DNA of 35,151 nt from a virus (taxonomy: Duplodnaviria > Caudoviricetes). This document shows positions 25,706 through 34,671 of the stretch, in pieces. The first letter of the stretch is position 1, and the number at the start of each line of letters is the position of its first letter. Made by a program: the position numbers and the translations under genes. The stretch spans positions 1 to 35,151 of the IMG/VR virus record IMGVR_UViG_3300025277_001374. One strand, written 5' to 3'. Under the pieces are notes generated by a model. The model was given only the letters and a program-made list of their open reading frames with translations, made no database searches and was not told the origin of the DNA.

Positions 25706-25984
25706 ATGACAGCTTATCCAATAACTAATACACAAGAGTTCACCGATAAAATTAAAAACCACTTGAGGAAATATCTAGGTGAAAATTGGGATACCCACTA
25801 CGGGAGAATGGCTCAGGTTAGTGATGACTTAGTTTATTTGATTGATGATGACTACTACTTGACCGAAGAAGTAATAGCTACCTTGCACGAAGAGGGTGAC
25901 AATCAGTGTCCTGAATGCGAGAGAGTCTTGAATCCAGACTCATCCCGTTGCCATAACTGCAATCCATACGAGGTGACATTATGA
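25706..25984 (+). CDS. Hypothetical protein with a C-terminal Zn ribbon
   Basis: CPEC...CHNC; SD GAGGTG. Confidence 0.65.
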   Translation: MTAYPITNTQEFTDKIKNHLRKYLGENWDTHYGRMAQVSDDLVYLIDDDYYLTEEVIATLHEEGDNQCPECERVLNPDSSRCHNCNPYEVTL

Positions 25985-26199
25985 ACTGGTACATTCCGGA
26001 GGCGAGAATCGATCCTCCCGAACCACTTGAATGTCTCCCTGATTGCGAGAACGGAAACGTCTACTATTACTGCAAGTGGGATGGGATATGGCACAGCTAT
26101 TTTTATAACAATTACTGCCGATCCTGTGCCGAGTTCATGCCTCTTAGTGGTACGGCAGGTGTCTGTATATGTGAACACCTGGATCGAGAGGAAGGCTAA
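25981..26199 (+). CDS. Cys-rich small protein
   Basis: 72 aa with CLPDC, C..C and CIC; SD GAGGTG. Confidence 0.55.
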   Translation: MNWYIPEARIDPPEPLECLPDCENGNVYYYCKWDGIWHSYFYNNYCRSCAEFMPLSGTAGVCICEHLDREEG

Positions 26200-26234
26200 T
26201 AAAAGAATTATATGATTAGAAAGGAGGTTACTAC

Positions 26235-26492
26235 ATGGATTCTAATCTAGAGATGCTAGTCGAGTGCGAGCATTGCGGACACGAGACTCAGCTTGTCGGA
26301 ACGAAAGCGGCAGTCAAATATTTGCCAAAGTCAGTACACTTTGGTTCCCTTAACAGGTATGCCTTGCAGAAAAAAATACCTGCACTTTACACAGATGGCG
26401 GTTACCACTTCAGGATAATTGACTTAATAAATTTTATTGCCCCAGAGGGTAGAAAGAGAGTAAAGACTAATGACACAACAGCAACCAGCTAA
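26235..26492 (+). CDS. HTH_17-like DNA-binding protein with an N-terminal CxxC
   Basis: GTKAAVKYL...SLNRYA...KIPA...GGYHFRIIDL..F; SD AAGGAGG. Confidence 0.6.
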   Translation: MDSNLEMLVECEHCGHETQLVGTKAAVKYLPKSVHFGSLNRYALQKKIPALYTDGGYHFRIIDLINFIAPEGRKRVKTNDTTATS

Positions 26493-27168
26493 AGCTCCAC
26501 GAGGAGCAGACCAGGTGTGGGCGACCATGACTATCAAGCAACCTGCTCACATCACAGACGTTGATCGGGCAGGGAATAAACTAATGTCACGAGGTGACGA
26601 ACCAGGGGAGCAGTGGGCTATTCAGACATTCTATGAATGGGACGCTACGAATCTTGAGTACCCAACAGACAAACACTATATAAACAAGAGTGTTATTACT
26701 CCAAAAGCAGGTAGCTATTCTGTGCTACTCAGATGCGGTAACGTGAAACCTAACAAAGGTGGGACCTACGATAACGATTACCACTATGACATCATGGAGT
26801 GGGCAGGTGTTGAGTCAGAAGTCCAGGAGTCACATGCACAGGAAGGCACTCCAGAGCCACAGAGAAACGTCAGTCCTCCAAGTAATGTAGAAAGACGTGA
26901 CCAAACACCACCTCTTCCACGCATGGACCCAACTCAGGAGAGGATTACATATCTCTCATGCCAGCACGATGCGTCTGAAATCATGGCGTCAGCTATGGAA
27001 GAGATCCTTATAGCTTGCAGACCTCCAGATAGCTTGAGCGGATCTGAAAGAATCGAGCAGTTCATGAATAATTTTGAACGTGATGCCTTGCCTTACATTG
27101 CCAGAGTAATACCTTTACTTACTGATGCTCTTGTTGACTCAGTGAAATCAAAGAATTTATTACCCTAG
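26470..27168 (+). CDS. Hypothetical protein (possible ssDNA-binding/recombination function by position)
   Basis: 232 aa; beta-rich N-half, disordered linker, helical C-half; upstream of the exonuclease. Confidence 0.5.
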   Translation: MTQQQPAKAPRGADQVWATMTIKQPAHITDVDRAGNKLMSRGDEPGEQWAIQTFYEWDATNLEYPTDKHYINKSVITPKAGSYSVLLRCGNVKPNKGGTYDNDYHYDIMEWAGVESEVQESHAQEGTPEPQRNVSPPSNVERRDQTPPLPRMDPTQERITYLSCQHDASEIMASAMEEILIACRPPDSLSGSERIEQFMNNFERDALPYIARVIPLLTDALVDSVKSKNLLP

Positions 27169-27210
27169 TTTTTCAGAGTTAGTCGAGGGGCAAAATGAAA
27201 GGAGAAGAAA

Positions 27211-27546
27211 GTGGTAACTAGAGTTAACAAAGATAATCGTTTAGAGATAATAAAATATATCACTGAAGAACTTAATGGATTGCTAGGAGTCGTGGGAGAA
27301 GATGATTGCGACTACCTAGACATGTATGATTTTTATGAGGTTAGAAATGAAGTTCAGGAAAAGTTTAATATTTCTTGGAATATGGCTGAGAGACTAACAT
27401 TAGAAGTAATGAATACACATTGGTCAATGGAACTTACACCATTACTCCTTAAGGTAATCTTTGAGTATGGACGTTCTATCCAATATGATCTGAAGTTTTA
27501 TAGGTATGAAGTGCGTCCAACTAGTAGAAGGGTATTCAATGAGTGA
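27211..27546 (+). CDS. Hypothetical protein
   Basis: 111 aa, GTG start, SD AAGGAG. Confidence 0.6.
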   Translation: MVTRVNKDNRLEIIKYITEELNGLLGVVGEDDCDYLDMYDFYEVRNEVQEKFNISWNMAERLTLEVMNTHWSMELTPLLLKVIFEYGRSIQYDLKFYRYEVRPTSRRVFNE

Positions 27547-28405
27547 GTGTTCCATAGAATTAATTAAAAACAAATTAGATACCGTCAGGTCACAGGTATC
27601 CCTTCACGAATCAGGCAAGGGATACCAGGTGTCTGACCCAGAGATCCCTGAAGAGTATCAACTTATGACACGAGTCACTACCATACTGGATAGAGGGATT
27701 CCGAAACGTGAACTGGAGAAGTGGAAGATCCGCCAGGAAGATAGTTTCTTTTCGGACGAGTTCCGTAAACGATTCCGAACTGGTATGCCATACGAAGAGA
27801 CAGTCACAATGGCACTTGCTGTTAAGGAAGAATCCAAACAGGCGAGCATTATCATAAGAGATACTGCGGCAGACTGGGGGAGCAGAATACATCACCTGAT
27901 AGACAGACTCTCATATGACAGTAGCGTGTTTGTCCCAGAGGAATTCTCATACGCAGTGGATAAATGGTACGAATGGATCTCAGGAAACAATCTGTCCATC
28001 ATAGCAACTGAACAGCCACTATACTTTTATGATGAGGAAACTCACGTTAGATACTGCGGAACGGCAGACCTGATTGCGATGACTGAAGATGAGCGCATCC
28101 TAATAGCAGACTATAAGAGTGGGGCGAGGATCTATCCTACTCACTCATTACAAAATTCTGCATACAGTATGGCACTCAAGCAGATACTGTCTGACCTCGA
28201 TTACACAGGTCAACCCAGATGTGTGGTCATCAAGCTCCCGAAAACAACAGACGAAAAGTTTCTGGTAAGAGAATCATTTAACGTGGAGTGGCAGGAAGAA
28301 GTCTTCTATGCTATGGCTGAGAACCAGTTACTTGTTAAGTCATGGGAGTCAAACAGGAAGAAGTGGGTCCCTCTAAAGAAAGCGAAGGTGACCTCTGATG
28401 TATGA
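27539..28405 (+). CDS. PD-(D/E)XK exonuclease (RecB/Cas4-like phage family)
   Basis: RVTTIL, GSRIH, ATEQPL, YCGTADL, IADYKSG and LQNSAY motifs; start moved to MSECS. Confidence 0.85.
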   Translation: MSECSIELIKNKLDTVRSQVSLHESGKGYQVSDPEIPEEYQLMTRVTTILDRGIPKRELEKWKIRQEDSFFSDEFRKRFRTGMPYEETVTMALAVKEESKQASIIIRDTAADWGSRIHHLIDRLSYDSSVFVPEEFSYAVDKWYEWISGNNLSIIATEQPLYFYDEETHVRYCGTADLIAMTEDERILIADYKSGARIYPTHSLQNSAYSMALKQILSDLDYTGQPRCVVIKLPKTTDEKFLVRESFNVEWQEEVFYAMAENQLLVKSWESNRKKWVPLKKAKVTSDV

Positions 28406-28652
28406 CGATCCAGTGTGCAGACAGCTAGGACAATGCAAGTGGGATGTGCCGGTGGCATCAATACAGTGCTGCATGATGTATACGCCTGGCAAGCAAGTAG
28501 AGAAAAAAATTGACGAGGCTGTCCGTGAAATCAAGAGAGAAGTTCAACAGCTAAAATTCAATATGCCTGAACAAGATAAGCCCAAGAAGGTAAGTAGGGT
28601 GGAGCATGAGGATGTTGAGCCTAGACGCAGAAGTAGACGGAGGAGGAAGTAA
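28398..28652 (+). CDS. Hypothetical protein (Cys-rich N-terminus, Arg-rich C-terminus)
   Basis: 84 aa overlapping both neighbours. Confidence 0.5.
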   Translation: MYDDPVCRQLGQCKWDVPVASIQCCMMYTPGKQVEKKIDEAVREIKREVQQLKFNMPEQDKPKKVSRVEHEDVEPRRRSRRRRK

Positions 28653-30063
28653 CTTGTTCAGACCAACAATAAATAAAAAGGGAACTATCATAGACATATC
28701 CTTTGTGGATGTAGGTCTATACTTCAGGGCAGAGAGGATATCAGAATCACTGGAACGTATCTCAGCAGAGATCACAGTCTCAATGGATATCACAAGTGAC
28801 AGAGGCGTGAGACGTGAACGTATCCTCTGGTCAAGAGCGTCACTCCTGGACGACAGAAGTAAGGATGCTTTCGTTCAGTCACTCGAACATGCAACTGAAG
28901 ACAAATCCCTCAGACCTATCAGCTACGATGAAGTAACTTCTGAGGCTTTCGGATGTATCATCTCGGCACATAGAGAAGGTGAGTCTGTAGAGGAACTATC
29001 TGACTTGTCTACTGCTACTGGGCGTGTGTTCCATCTGCGTCCGTTGCTCCTGTCTAAAGTTCCTAATCTAATCTGGGCGCAAGGCGGATCATTCAAGTCT
29101 TACTTCGCTCAACTCTGCTGTGTGTTCACAGACAGAGGATACTCTGACTACGGGTTATACGTTAAGGGACCTGCTAAAGCCCTGTATCTAGATTGGGAAG
29201 AAAGTTTGGACACCTTTAAACGTAGGATATTATCTATCCAGAGAAATTTGTTCCCTAATCCAGAGACATCAGGGATCTTGTGGAAGAAGATGTATCAACC
29301 CTTTGCGTCCTCTATCGAGGAGATATCTAAGATCGTCAGAGACAGGCAGGTAGAGTTCCTTGTGATAGATTCTATGAACCCTGCTCTTGGAGGGATGTCA
29401 ATTGATTCGCAAGCAGTAGAGAAATTCTTTGAAGCACTAGGTGTTCTCAATGTCACAAGTTTAATTTTAGATCATGCTAATAGATCCCATGAGAGTAGTG
29501 CGTCAGGAACTCCTGCTATCTACGGATCTGCATTCAAGTATAACCGTAGCCGTATGGTCTATGAGATTAAAAAGAAACAGGAGTCTCTGGCAGGTGAGAT
29601 ACAGGTGGTGTTGTACCACCGCAAGACTAACGACTTTAAGATCCAGGCACCACGAGGTTTCAATATAAAGTTTGATATGAGAGAGGTTGAAGAAGAAGGT
29701 GACACAGAAGGATACAAGCTAGACCTGATTCATTCAGTCAAGTTCACTCCTCTCAGACTAGGAGAGGCAGACGATGAGTTCCTAAAGAGTCAACCACTAA
29801 GCGAGGTCGCAAGAGAACTGGTCGATGCTCATGGACCCACTGCTATAGGAGAACTTGCTGAGTCAATCGCTATGATAAAGGAACAGGAACTCTCTATGTC
29901 TGTGATGACAAACGTGGTGAGAGGTTCCAAGTTACTTGAACTGGATGACGAGGGAATAGTCAGCGTAACTTATAACCAGAACCCTCCCAGTAATGGATCA
30001 CTGGTCAACCAACTACAAAGCATGGGAGCGGAAGTGGTCGAGAGAAGGGACCGAGAGAACTAA
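28606..30063 (+). CDS. SF4/RepA-like (AAA_25) replicative helicase
   Basis: AQGGSFKS Walker A, LYLDWEES, FLVIDSM Walker B, LILDH and IYGSAFKYNRSR. Confidence 0.8.
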   Translation: MRMLSLDAEVDGGGSNLFRPTINKKGTIIDISFVDVGLYFRAERISESLERISAEITVSMDITSDRGVRRERILWSRASLLDDRSKDAFVQSLEHATEDKSLRPISYDEVTSEAFGCIISAHREGESVEELSDLSTATGRVFHLRPLLLSKVPNLIWAQGGSFKSYFAQLCCVFTDRGYSDYGLYVKGPAKALYLDWEESLDTFKRRILSIQRNLFPNPETSGILWKKMYQPFASSIEEISKIVRDRQVEFLVIDSMNPALGGMSIDSQAVEKFFEALGVLNVTSLILDHANRSHESSASGTPAIYGSAFKYNRSRMVYEIKKKQESLAGEIQVVLYHRKTNDFKIQAPRGFNIKFDMREVEEEGDTEGYKLDLIHSVKFTPLRLGEADDEFLKSQPLSEVARELVDAHGPTAIGELAESIAMIKEQELSMSVMTNVVRGSKLLELDDEGIVSVTYNQNPPSNGSLVNQLQSMGAEVVERRDREN

Positions 30064-30152
30064 CTAAGCTGTCAGGATTCGTTCCTGTGGAACCTTGAAA
30101 CAAATGCAGAGAAAGAATAGACTGTCCTAACTTTAAAGACTAGGAGTAATCA

Positions 30153-30521
30153 ATGAGAATAACAATACCAGGACTGCCGCCACGGGATGCGAGTCCTAAT
30201 GCCAGGGTGCATTTCCATAGGTTATCTAACGTCAAGCGAACCATGAAGGATGTAATGATAGCCTCTGTGCTAGAGATGCCAAGCCAGGATAGACCCAATG
30301 AACCTTGGGATAAAGCTCACTTAACAATTACATTTAGAGCCTCCGATAAGAGGCGTAGAGACTTAGACAACCTACTCAGTGCCTCCAAAGCCTACGTAGA
30401 CGGTCTGGTAGCTGCGGGTGTAATAGCAGACGACTCGTCAGATAACCTGTCTTACAGTCTCTATTACGAGAAGAGCAAGGAACATGCAGCCACCATCTTT
30501 GACATTGAGGAATCAACATGA
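30153..30521 (+). CDS. rusA: RusA-like Holliday junction resolvase
   Basis: PPRDASPNAR.H and RRRDLDNLL...KAYVDGLV.AGVIADD. Confidence 0.85.
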   Translation: MRITIPGLPPRDASPNARVHFHRLSNVKRTMKDVMIASVLEMPSQDRPNEPWDKAHLTITFRASDKRRRDLDNLLSASKAYVDGLVAAGVIADDSSDNLSYSLYYEKSKEHAATIFDIEEST

Positions 30522-30667
30522 AAAAATACCAGCCACTAATGGATATCGTTGAGGCTGGGCTTGACGAGAGGGTATCCGTAAAGAGTGTGCTTGTTACCGC
30601 AGGTGCTATAACGGTAGGAGCTATTATCTGGAGACTCGTGCAGAAGAGAAAGCGCGATGGAAACTGA
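30518..30667 (+). CDS. 49-aa single-TM membrane protein
   Basis: Below the track cutoff. MKKYQPLMDIVEAGLDERVSVKSVLVTAGAITVGAIIWRLVQKRKRDGN*; SD GAGG, ATGA overlap. Confidence 0.6.
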   Translation: MKKYQPLMDIVEAGLDERVSVKSVLVTAGAITVGAIIWRLVQKRKRDGN

Positions 30668-30851
30668 TTGTATTCATCATTGGCTAATTGAGATAGCAAC
30701 GGAACCTAAAAGCAAGGGTCGATGCAAGAGGTGCCGTGCTACTAAAACATTCTCCAACACGCCAGAAGATATCAAGAGACTGAGAATCAATTCAGTCACT
30801 GGCGCGAGGGCAATGACAAGAGATTTAACATTTGGAAGAAATAAAACATAG
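30657..30851 (+). CDS. Small Zn-binding protein (CxHHW...CxxC)
   Basis: CIHHWLIE...GRCKRC...FSN. Confidence 0.65.
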   Translation: METDCIHHWLIEIATEPKSKGRCKRCRATKTFSNTPEDIKRLRINSVTGARAMTRDLTFGRNKT

Positions 30852-30869
30852 TCGAATAAGGAGACAGGC

Positions 30870-31841
30870 ATGACTACATTATTAAAACAAACTACTTCAC
30901 TAGCGATTGGCGATGAATATAAGGTAAAAATAAACGGGAGAACCCTCTCGTTTTCGTTCAAAAATATTACTCCCTTAGAAGCTGAACATATGCTCGCAAG
31001 TTCACCAGGGAACAGAGCATCTAAGAACGAGGCTTTGAGCCGAATCATATCTGACATGGAAAGAGACGAGTATTATTCTCATCTTTGTGACCCTCTAAGA
31101 TTCACCAGCAAAGGAGAACTAATAGACGGGCATCACAGGCTAATGGCAATCGTAGAGACAGGAATCTCTCAGGTAATACATTGCATATTTGGGTACGATT
31201 ACGATGACATGATTGTTATAGACCAAAACAAATCCCGTACGATAGAAGACATTTTGAAAATCCAAGGGAAGTCTCACAGAAAACAAATAGCCCCTGCCAT
31301 AAAATGGATTTATATAATGCTCAGTACTGAGACAGGTACAACACGACGCACACGAAGAAACCCTGGAAACAAAGACGGAGATCGTATAAGCCGATTCTTT
31401 TCAGATGACACATGGAATGCCCAGGCAAGTTACTTTGAACTTAATGTGAGAAAACCATACGGTCTTCCATCAGGTCCCTTGATTGCATTGAAACTTTTAT
31501 ACGACCGTATCAATCTTAAGCAAAGCCAGAACTTTTGGGATGGATTATTCCTTGGAAAAGATAATGCGCTTTATTCCGAAGGAGATCCTAGAAGGGCGTT
31601 GATCCGTAAAATTAGGAGAGAGCATGAAAAGGCATCGGCATCTAATGCAAAGGGCAGGGTGCAGTGGGATGAGTTTCAGTTACTAGCTTGGTTTCATTAT
31701 ACGTGGAAGAGAATGGAAACAGACAAACCAATAGATGTAATGAGAGCTAACAGCGACACTTACTGGGAGTGCTGGGAAGAGTTGCATGGGCTAGCTAAAA
31801 AATATTTCCCTATAGACTTTGGAGGAAGAAAGCATGTATGA
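30870..31841 (+). CDS. ParB/Srx-like N-terminal domain protein
   Basis: ITP..A..ML...GNR and GELIDGHHRLMAIV...IDQNKSRT; SD AAGGAG. Confidence 0.75.
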   Translation: MTTLLKQTTSLAIGDEYKVKINGRTLSFSFKNITPLEAEHMLASSPGNRASKNEALSRIISDMERDEYYSHLCDPLRFTSKGELIDGHHRLMAIVETGISQVIHCIFGYDYDDMIVIDQNKSRTIEDILKIQGKSHRKQIAPAIKWIYIMLSTETGTTRRTRRNPGNKDGDRISRFFSDDTWNAQASYFELNVRKPYGLPSGPLIALKLLYDRINLKQSQNFWDGLFLGKDNALYSEGDPRRALIRKIRREHEKASASNAKGRVQWDEFQLLAWFHYTWKRMETDKPIDVMRANSDTYWECWEELHGLAKKYFPIDFGGRKHV

Positions 31842-32328
31842 ATATAAAGTAAAGATTACCCGTGTCGTTGACGGTGACACAGTGGACGCTGAAGTTGACC
31901 TGGGCTTTGATACCTTTATCAAAGACAGGATCAGACTCATGGGCATAGATACTCCTGAGTCCAGAACCCGTAACAAGAAAGAGAAGGCACTTGGCTTGGC
32001 TGCCAAGGCTCGTCTGAAAGAAATCCTAAAGGAGAACAAGGGTAATATAATTCTACGCACCTCTAAGGAAGGAAAGGGAAAATTCGGACGGATACTTGGA
32101 GGACTACTTATTCTTGATAGAGAGAGCGGGCATCTGACTAGTATTAACCAGATGCTCGTAGATCAAGGATATGCGAGGTGGTACTTTGGCGGGAACAAAG
32201 CTGAACAAGGTGAGTGGACAAAAGAAGAAGGCGATTGTAACTGCGGTGGAAGGAAAGCACGACTGAGTCAATGTACTGGAACATGGTTTCGTTGGACACA
32301 AGACGGCTACGTAGAGATAGAGGAGTAG
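31834..32328 (+). CDS. Thermonuclease (SNase-like)
   Basis: MYEY...RVVDGDTVD..VDLGF, RIRLMGIDTPESRTR and KGKFGRILG. Confidence 0.9.
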   Translation: MYEYKVKITRVVDGDTVDAEVDLGFDTFIKDRIRLMGIDTPESRTRNKKEKALGLAAKARLKEILKENKGNIILRTSKEGKGKFGRILGGLLILDRESGHLTSINQMLVDQGYARWYFGGNKAEQGEWTKEEGDCNCGGRKARLSQCTGTWFRWTQDGYVEIEE

Positions 32329-32331
32329 ATT

Positions 32332-32532
32332 ATGGCAGGATTCCCAAAAAACCTTAAGTTTTATTCACTAACTGAAACTCAGGACATACTTGGAGTCGGT
32401 CGTTCAAAACTTTGGAAAATGCTGAATGTAGATCAGGTTATCCCTAGTTACAGAATTGGCAGAAAAGTGCGAGTAAAGCATGAAGACCTAGAAGAGTTCA
32501 TGAATTCATGCTTAAAAAAATCTAAGGAGTAG
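32332..32532 (+). CDS. HTH_17/excisionase-like DNA-binding protein
   Basis: YSLTETQDILGVGRSKLWKML...IPSYRIGRKVRVKHEDLEEF. Confidence 0.8.
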   Translation: MAGFPKNLKFYSLTETQDILGVGRSKLWKMLNVDQVIPSYRIGRKVRVKHEDLEEFMNSCLKKSKE

Positions 32533-32535
32533 ATT

Positions 32536-32994
32536 ATGGTAGTTAAAGAAAATTTATCAGCAGAGGAAATGGCAGAAGACTTAGTTGAGTTCTTAGCCAC
32601 GCAATTTAATGCAGGGTCAGGTGGCTGTACGTTTATAGAACTTCAGCGCAGATACGGCTCTCAAATGAAAGGAGATATTAGACTGGCTATTGACAATGCT
32701 GTGCTTTGGAGTGACCTTTCAGAAAAGTTTTGTGATGCGTTTGATAAGCTAGGAATCATGGATAAAGAGAGGGAACTAGGGTTAAAAGAAAAGAGGGCGC
32801 ACCTACATCCTGTCCAGACCCAATTAGGTGGAATCCCGTTACCTTATCTTCTTGAAGGAGTTAGTATGTCGTTGCCCATAGCCAAAACAACAAAAGATTA
32901 CAAGAGCGAAAAACTTCATTGGTTTCCCGTACTGTTTTACGGCAATAGCAAATGCCCTAAAGGGACTAAAGGGTGTCCAGAGATAGAGGAGTAG
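32536..32994 (+). CDS. Hypothetical protein
   Basis: 152 aa bounded by junction repeats. Confidence 0.7.
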   Translation: MVVKENLSAEEMAEDLVEFLATQFNAGSGGCTFIELQRRYGSQMKGDIRLAIDNAVLWSDLSEKFCDAFDKLGIMDKERELGLKEKRAHLHPVQTQLGGIPLPYLLEGVSMSLPIAKTTKDYKSEKLHWFPVLFYGNSKCPKGTKGCPEIEE

Positions 32995-32997
32995 ATC

Positions 32998-33720
32998 ATG
33001 CAAGAACGTATGAAAGAAGCCATGAAAGAAGCTAAGAAGGCTGTTGATAAAGAATTTATGGATGTTCATAAGGTTGAGGTATCAGGCAAAGAAGGAATGT
33101 TTGAAATCAGTGTACATATGGATATGAGTTCTGTTGATCCAAAGTATTATAATATAGCCCTTCCGATAGTGCCATGGGCTGAAGCGCATGACCATTTCGA
33201 TACAAAAGAGGTGGATGGCGTAGATATTATTCACCTTGAACACTCAACGCTTGCTGAGATTGCTCCTGATGCTCCGACAAAGTATCGCAGAGCCTTGGAG
33301 AAGATAGCATATTATATCAGAAGGGAAAATGGATACTCTTTCCCTCCTTACCATGTCGCAAAACCACAGGACGACGAAGGGAACAAAGATGCCATTTTCT
33401 TCTTATGGATAGGTAAAGATATTTACACTATCCAGAGTGATGCAAAAGCATTTATGACAGGTAGTTTTTCACGTGGACTTAGAGGAAGAGTCTACGGAGC
33501 ATGTGTCTTCAGACCGGCTCCAACAGAGGATAACAGGGATTCCGTAGCCAGCCACTACTTAGATTGGATATGGATTCATCCATACGCACGAGGCGAAGGA
33601 ATCACCCATGAGGCATGGTCTTACTTTGAGGAAAGGTTTGGTAAATTTGGAGTAACAACACCAGTAACCAAAGCGATGGTTGGATTCTTAACGAAGAGAG
33701 GTTGGTTAAAAGAGGAGTAG
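32998..33720 (+). CDS. GNAT-family acetyltransferase (Eco1/ESCO-like motif A)
   Basis: YGACVFR...LDWIWIHPYARGEGIT...TPVTKAMVGFL. Confidence 0.7.
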   Translation: MQERMKEAMKEAKKAVDKEFMDVHKVEVSGKEGMFEISVHMDMSSVDPKYYNIALPIVPWAEAHDHFDTKEVDGVDIIHLEHSTLAEIAPDAPTKYRRALEKIAYYIRRENGYSFPPYHVAKPQDDEGNKDAIFFLWIGKDIYTIQSDAKAFMTGSFSRGLRGRVYGACVFRPAPTEDNRDSVASHYLDWIWIHPYARGEGITHEAWSYFEERFGKFGVTTPVTKAMVGFLTKRGWLKEE

Positions 33721-33722
33721 AT

Positions 33723-33983
33723 ATGAAAGTAGTAGAAAGAACAATCCAAGTAAGTGATGTGTATGATAGTAAAAATAATTTAATGGAAGACAAAAACCCG
33801 TTACGATTACTTTATCTTGACCTATACGGAACTGTGAGAAATGCAAGGAATCCTAGAGTGGGTATGGACGCAACAAACACCATTTGCAATGCGCTGATAA
33901 AAAAGTATGGTCCGCTTTGGATAGATAAGGAATTATTAATAAAAATGGAAGACATGAAAAAAGGAGAAGTGGATTATGATTGA
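33723..33983 (+). CDS. Hypothetical protein
   Basis: Start moved to MKVVERT after the junction repeat. Confidence 0.65.
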   Translation: MKVVERTIQVSDVYDSKNNLMEDKNPLRLLYLDLYGTVRNARNPRVGMDATNTICNALIKKYGPLWIDKELLIKMEDMKKGEVDYD

Positions 33984-34305
33984 CTTAAAAGACAAGTATT
34001 TCCATATATATAAATGGAACGCAGAAGAAAAGAGGACAAAGATTAACAGACAAGGATGGGTTAGGGATTACGACCCTGAACAACACATCGCTCTTGTGCA
34101 TTTTTTTAATTTCCTTGATGGTGACCAATCTCCGCAACAATATCTTAAAAAGGTTACAGAGGACTGGGTATTTTATGATACGGATGACGAAATGAATGAG
34201 GCTTATCTGGAGAGCCAGAGACTGAGCAAGGATGACGAAGACTGGGCGAGAAAAACCAGAGAGTCTAGGAAAAAATGGATAGAAGAAAATGCGATAGAGG
34301 AGTAG
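33976..34305 (+). CDS. Hypothetical protein
   Basis: 109 aa, SD AAGGAG, ends IEE*. Confidence 0.7.
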   Translation: MIDLKDKYFHIYKWNAEEKRTKINRQGWVRDYDPEQHIALVHFFNFLDGDQSPQQYLKKVTEDWVFYDTDDEMNEAYLESQRLSKDDEDWARKTRESRKKWIEENAIEE

Positions 34306-34308
34306 ATT

Positions 34309-34488
34309 ATGCCAACACGAAATGAACTAGCAACTCAAGATGCAGAATTTGATACTGCACCGTCTATAGAAGATTCACTAATGGAAATGGAAGAAGGGGA
34401 TATCTTATTGTGGCGTGAACTTAAAGCAATAAAATATGTCTTGGCAGACATTTCAACGCATCTATCAAAGATAGCTGACAAGGAGTAG
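34309..34488 (+). CDS. 59-aa hypothetical acidic protein
   Basis: Below the track cutoff. MPTRNELATQDAEFD...LSKIADKE*, bounded by junction repeats. Confidence 0.7.
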   Translation: MPTRNELATQDAEFDTAPSIEDSLMEMEEGDILLWRELKAIKYVLADISTHLSKIADKE

Positions 34489-34491
34489 ATT

Positions 34492-34671
34492 ATGCAAATA
34501 GGAAAGCTAAGACCACAGATACTAACCGCCATCCTGTGTGCGACTATATTCAGTATAGTGACCGTAGTAGTGGGATTGCAGATGGGAGCTATAGAAGTCA
34601 TCACCGCAATTATCGGTGGAATCTTTGGCTTCTTAGGTGGCGTGTCGCTCAAGGTTCTTGAGAACGAGTAA
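34492..34671 (+). CDS. 59-aa two-TM membrane protein (holin-like topology)
   Basis: MQIGKLRPQILTAILCATIFSIVTVVVGLQMGAIEVITAIIGGIFGFLGGVSLKVLENE*. Confidence 0.7.
   Translation: MQIGKLRPQILTAILCATIFSIVTVVVGLQMGAIEVITAIIGGIFGFLGGVSLKVLENE

Larger units (their letters stand above)
32314..34494 (+). repeat. Repeated gene junction (GAT)RRAGGAG-TAG-AT(Y)-ATG, six copies
   Basis: Before the ATGs at 32332, 32536, 32998, 33723, 34309 and 34492; degenerate copy before 33976. Confidence 0.9.

Noticed and set aside
32314-34494. Integron attC or CRISPR interpretation of the junction repeats
   Set aside because: No palindromic attC structure or GTTRRRY core, no integrase in the window, and the intervening units are whole genes.
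23061-34652. Minus-strand ORFs opposite early/middle genes (e.g. 23535-23810, 30677-31057, 34335-34652)
   Set aside because: Antisense to well-supported genes with SDs; 34335-34652 is displaced by two junction-bounded + strand ORFs.
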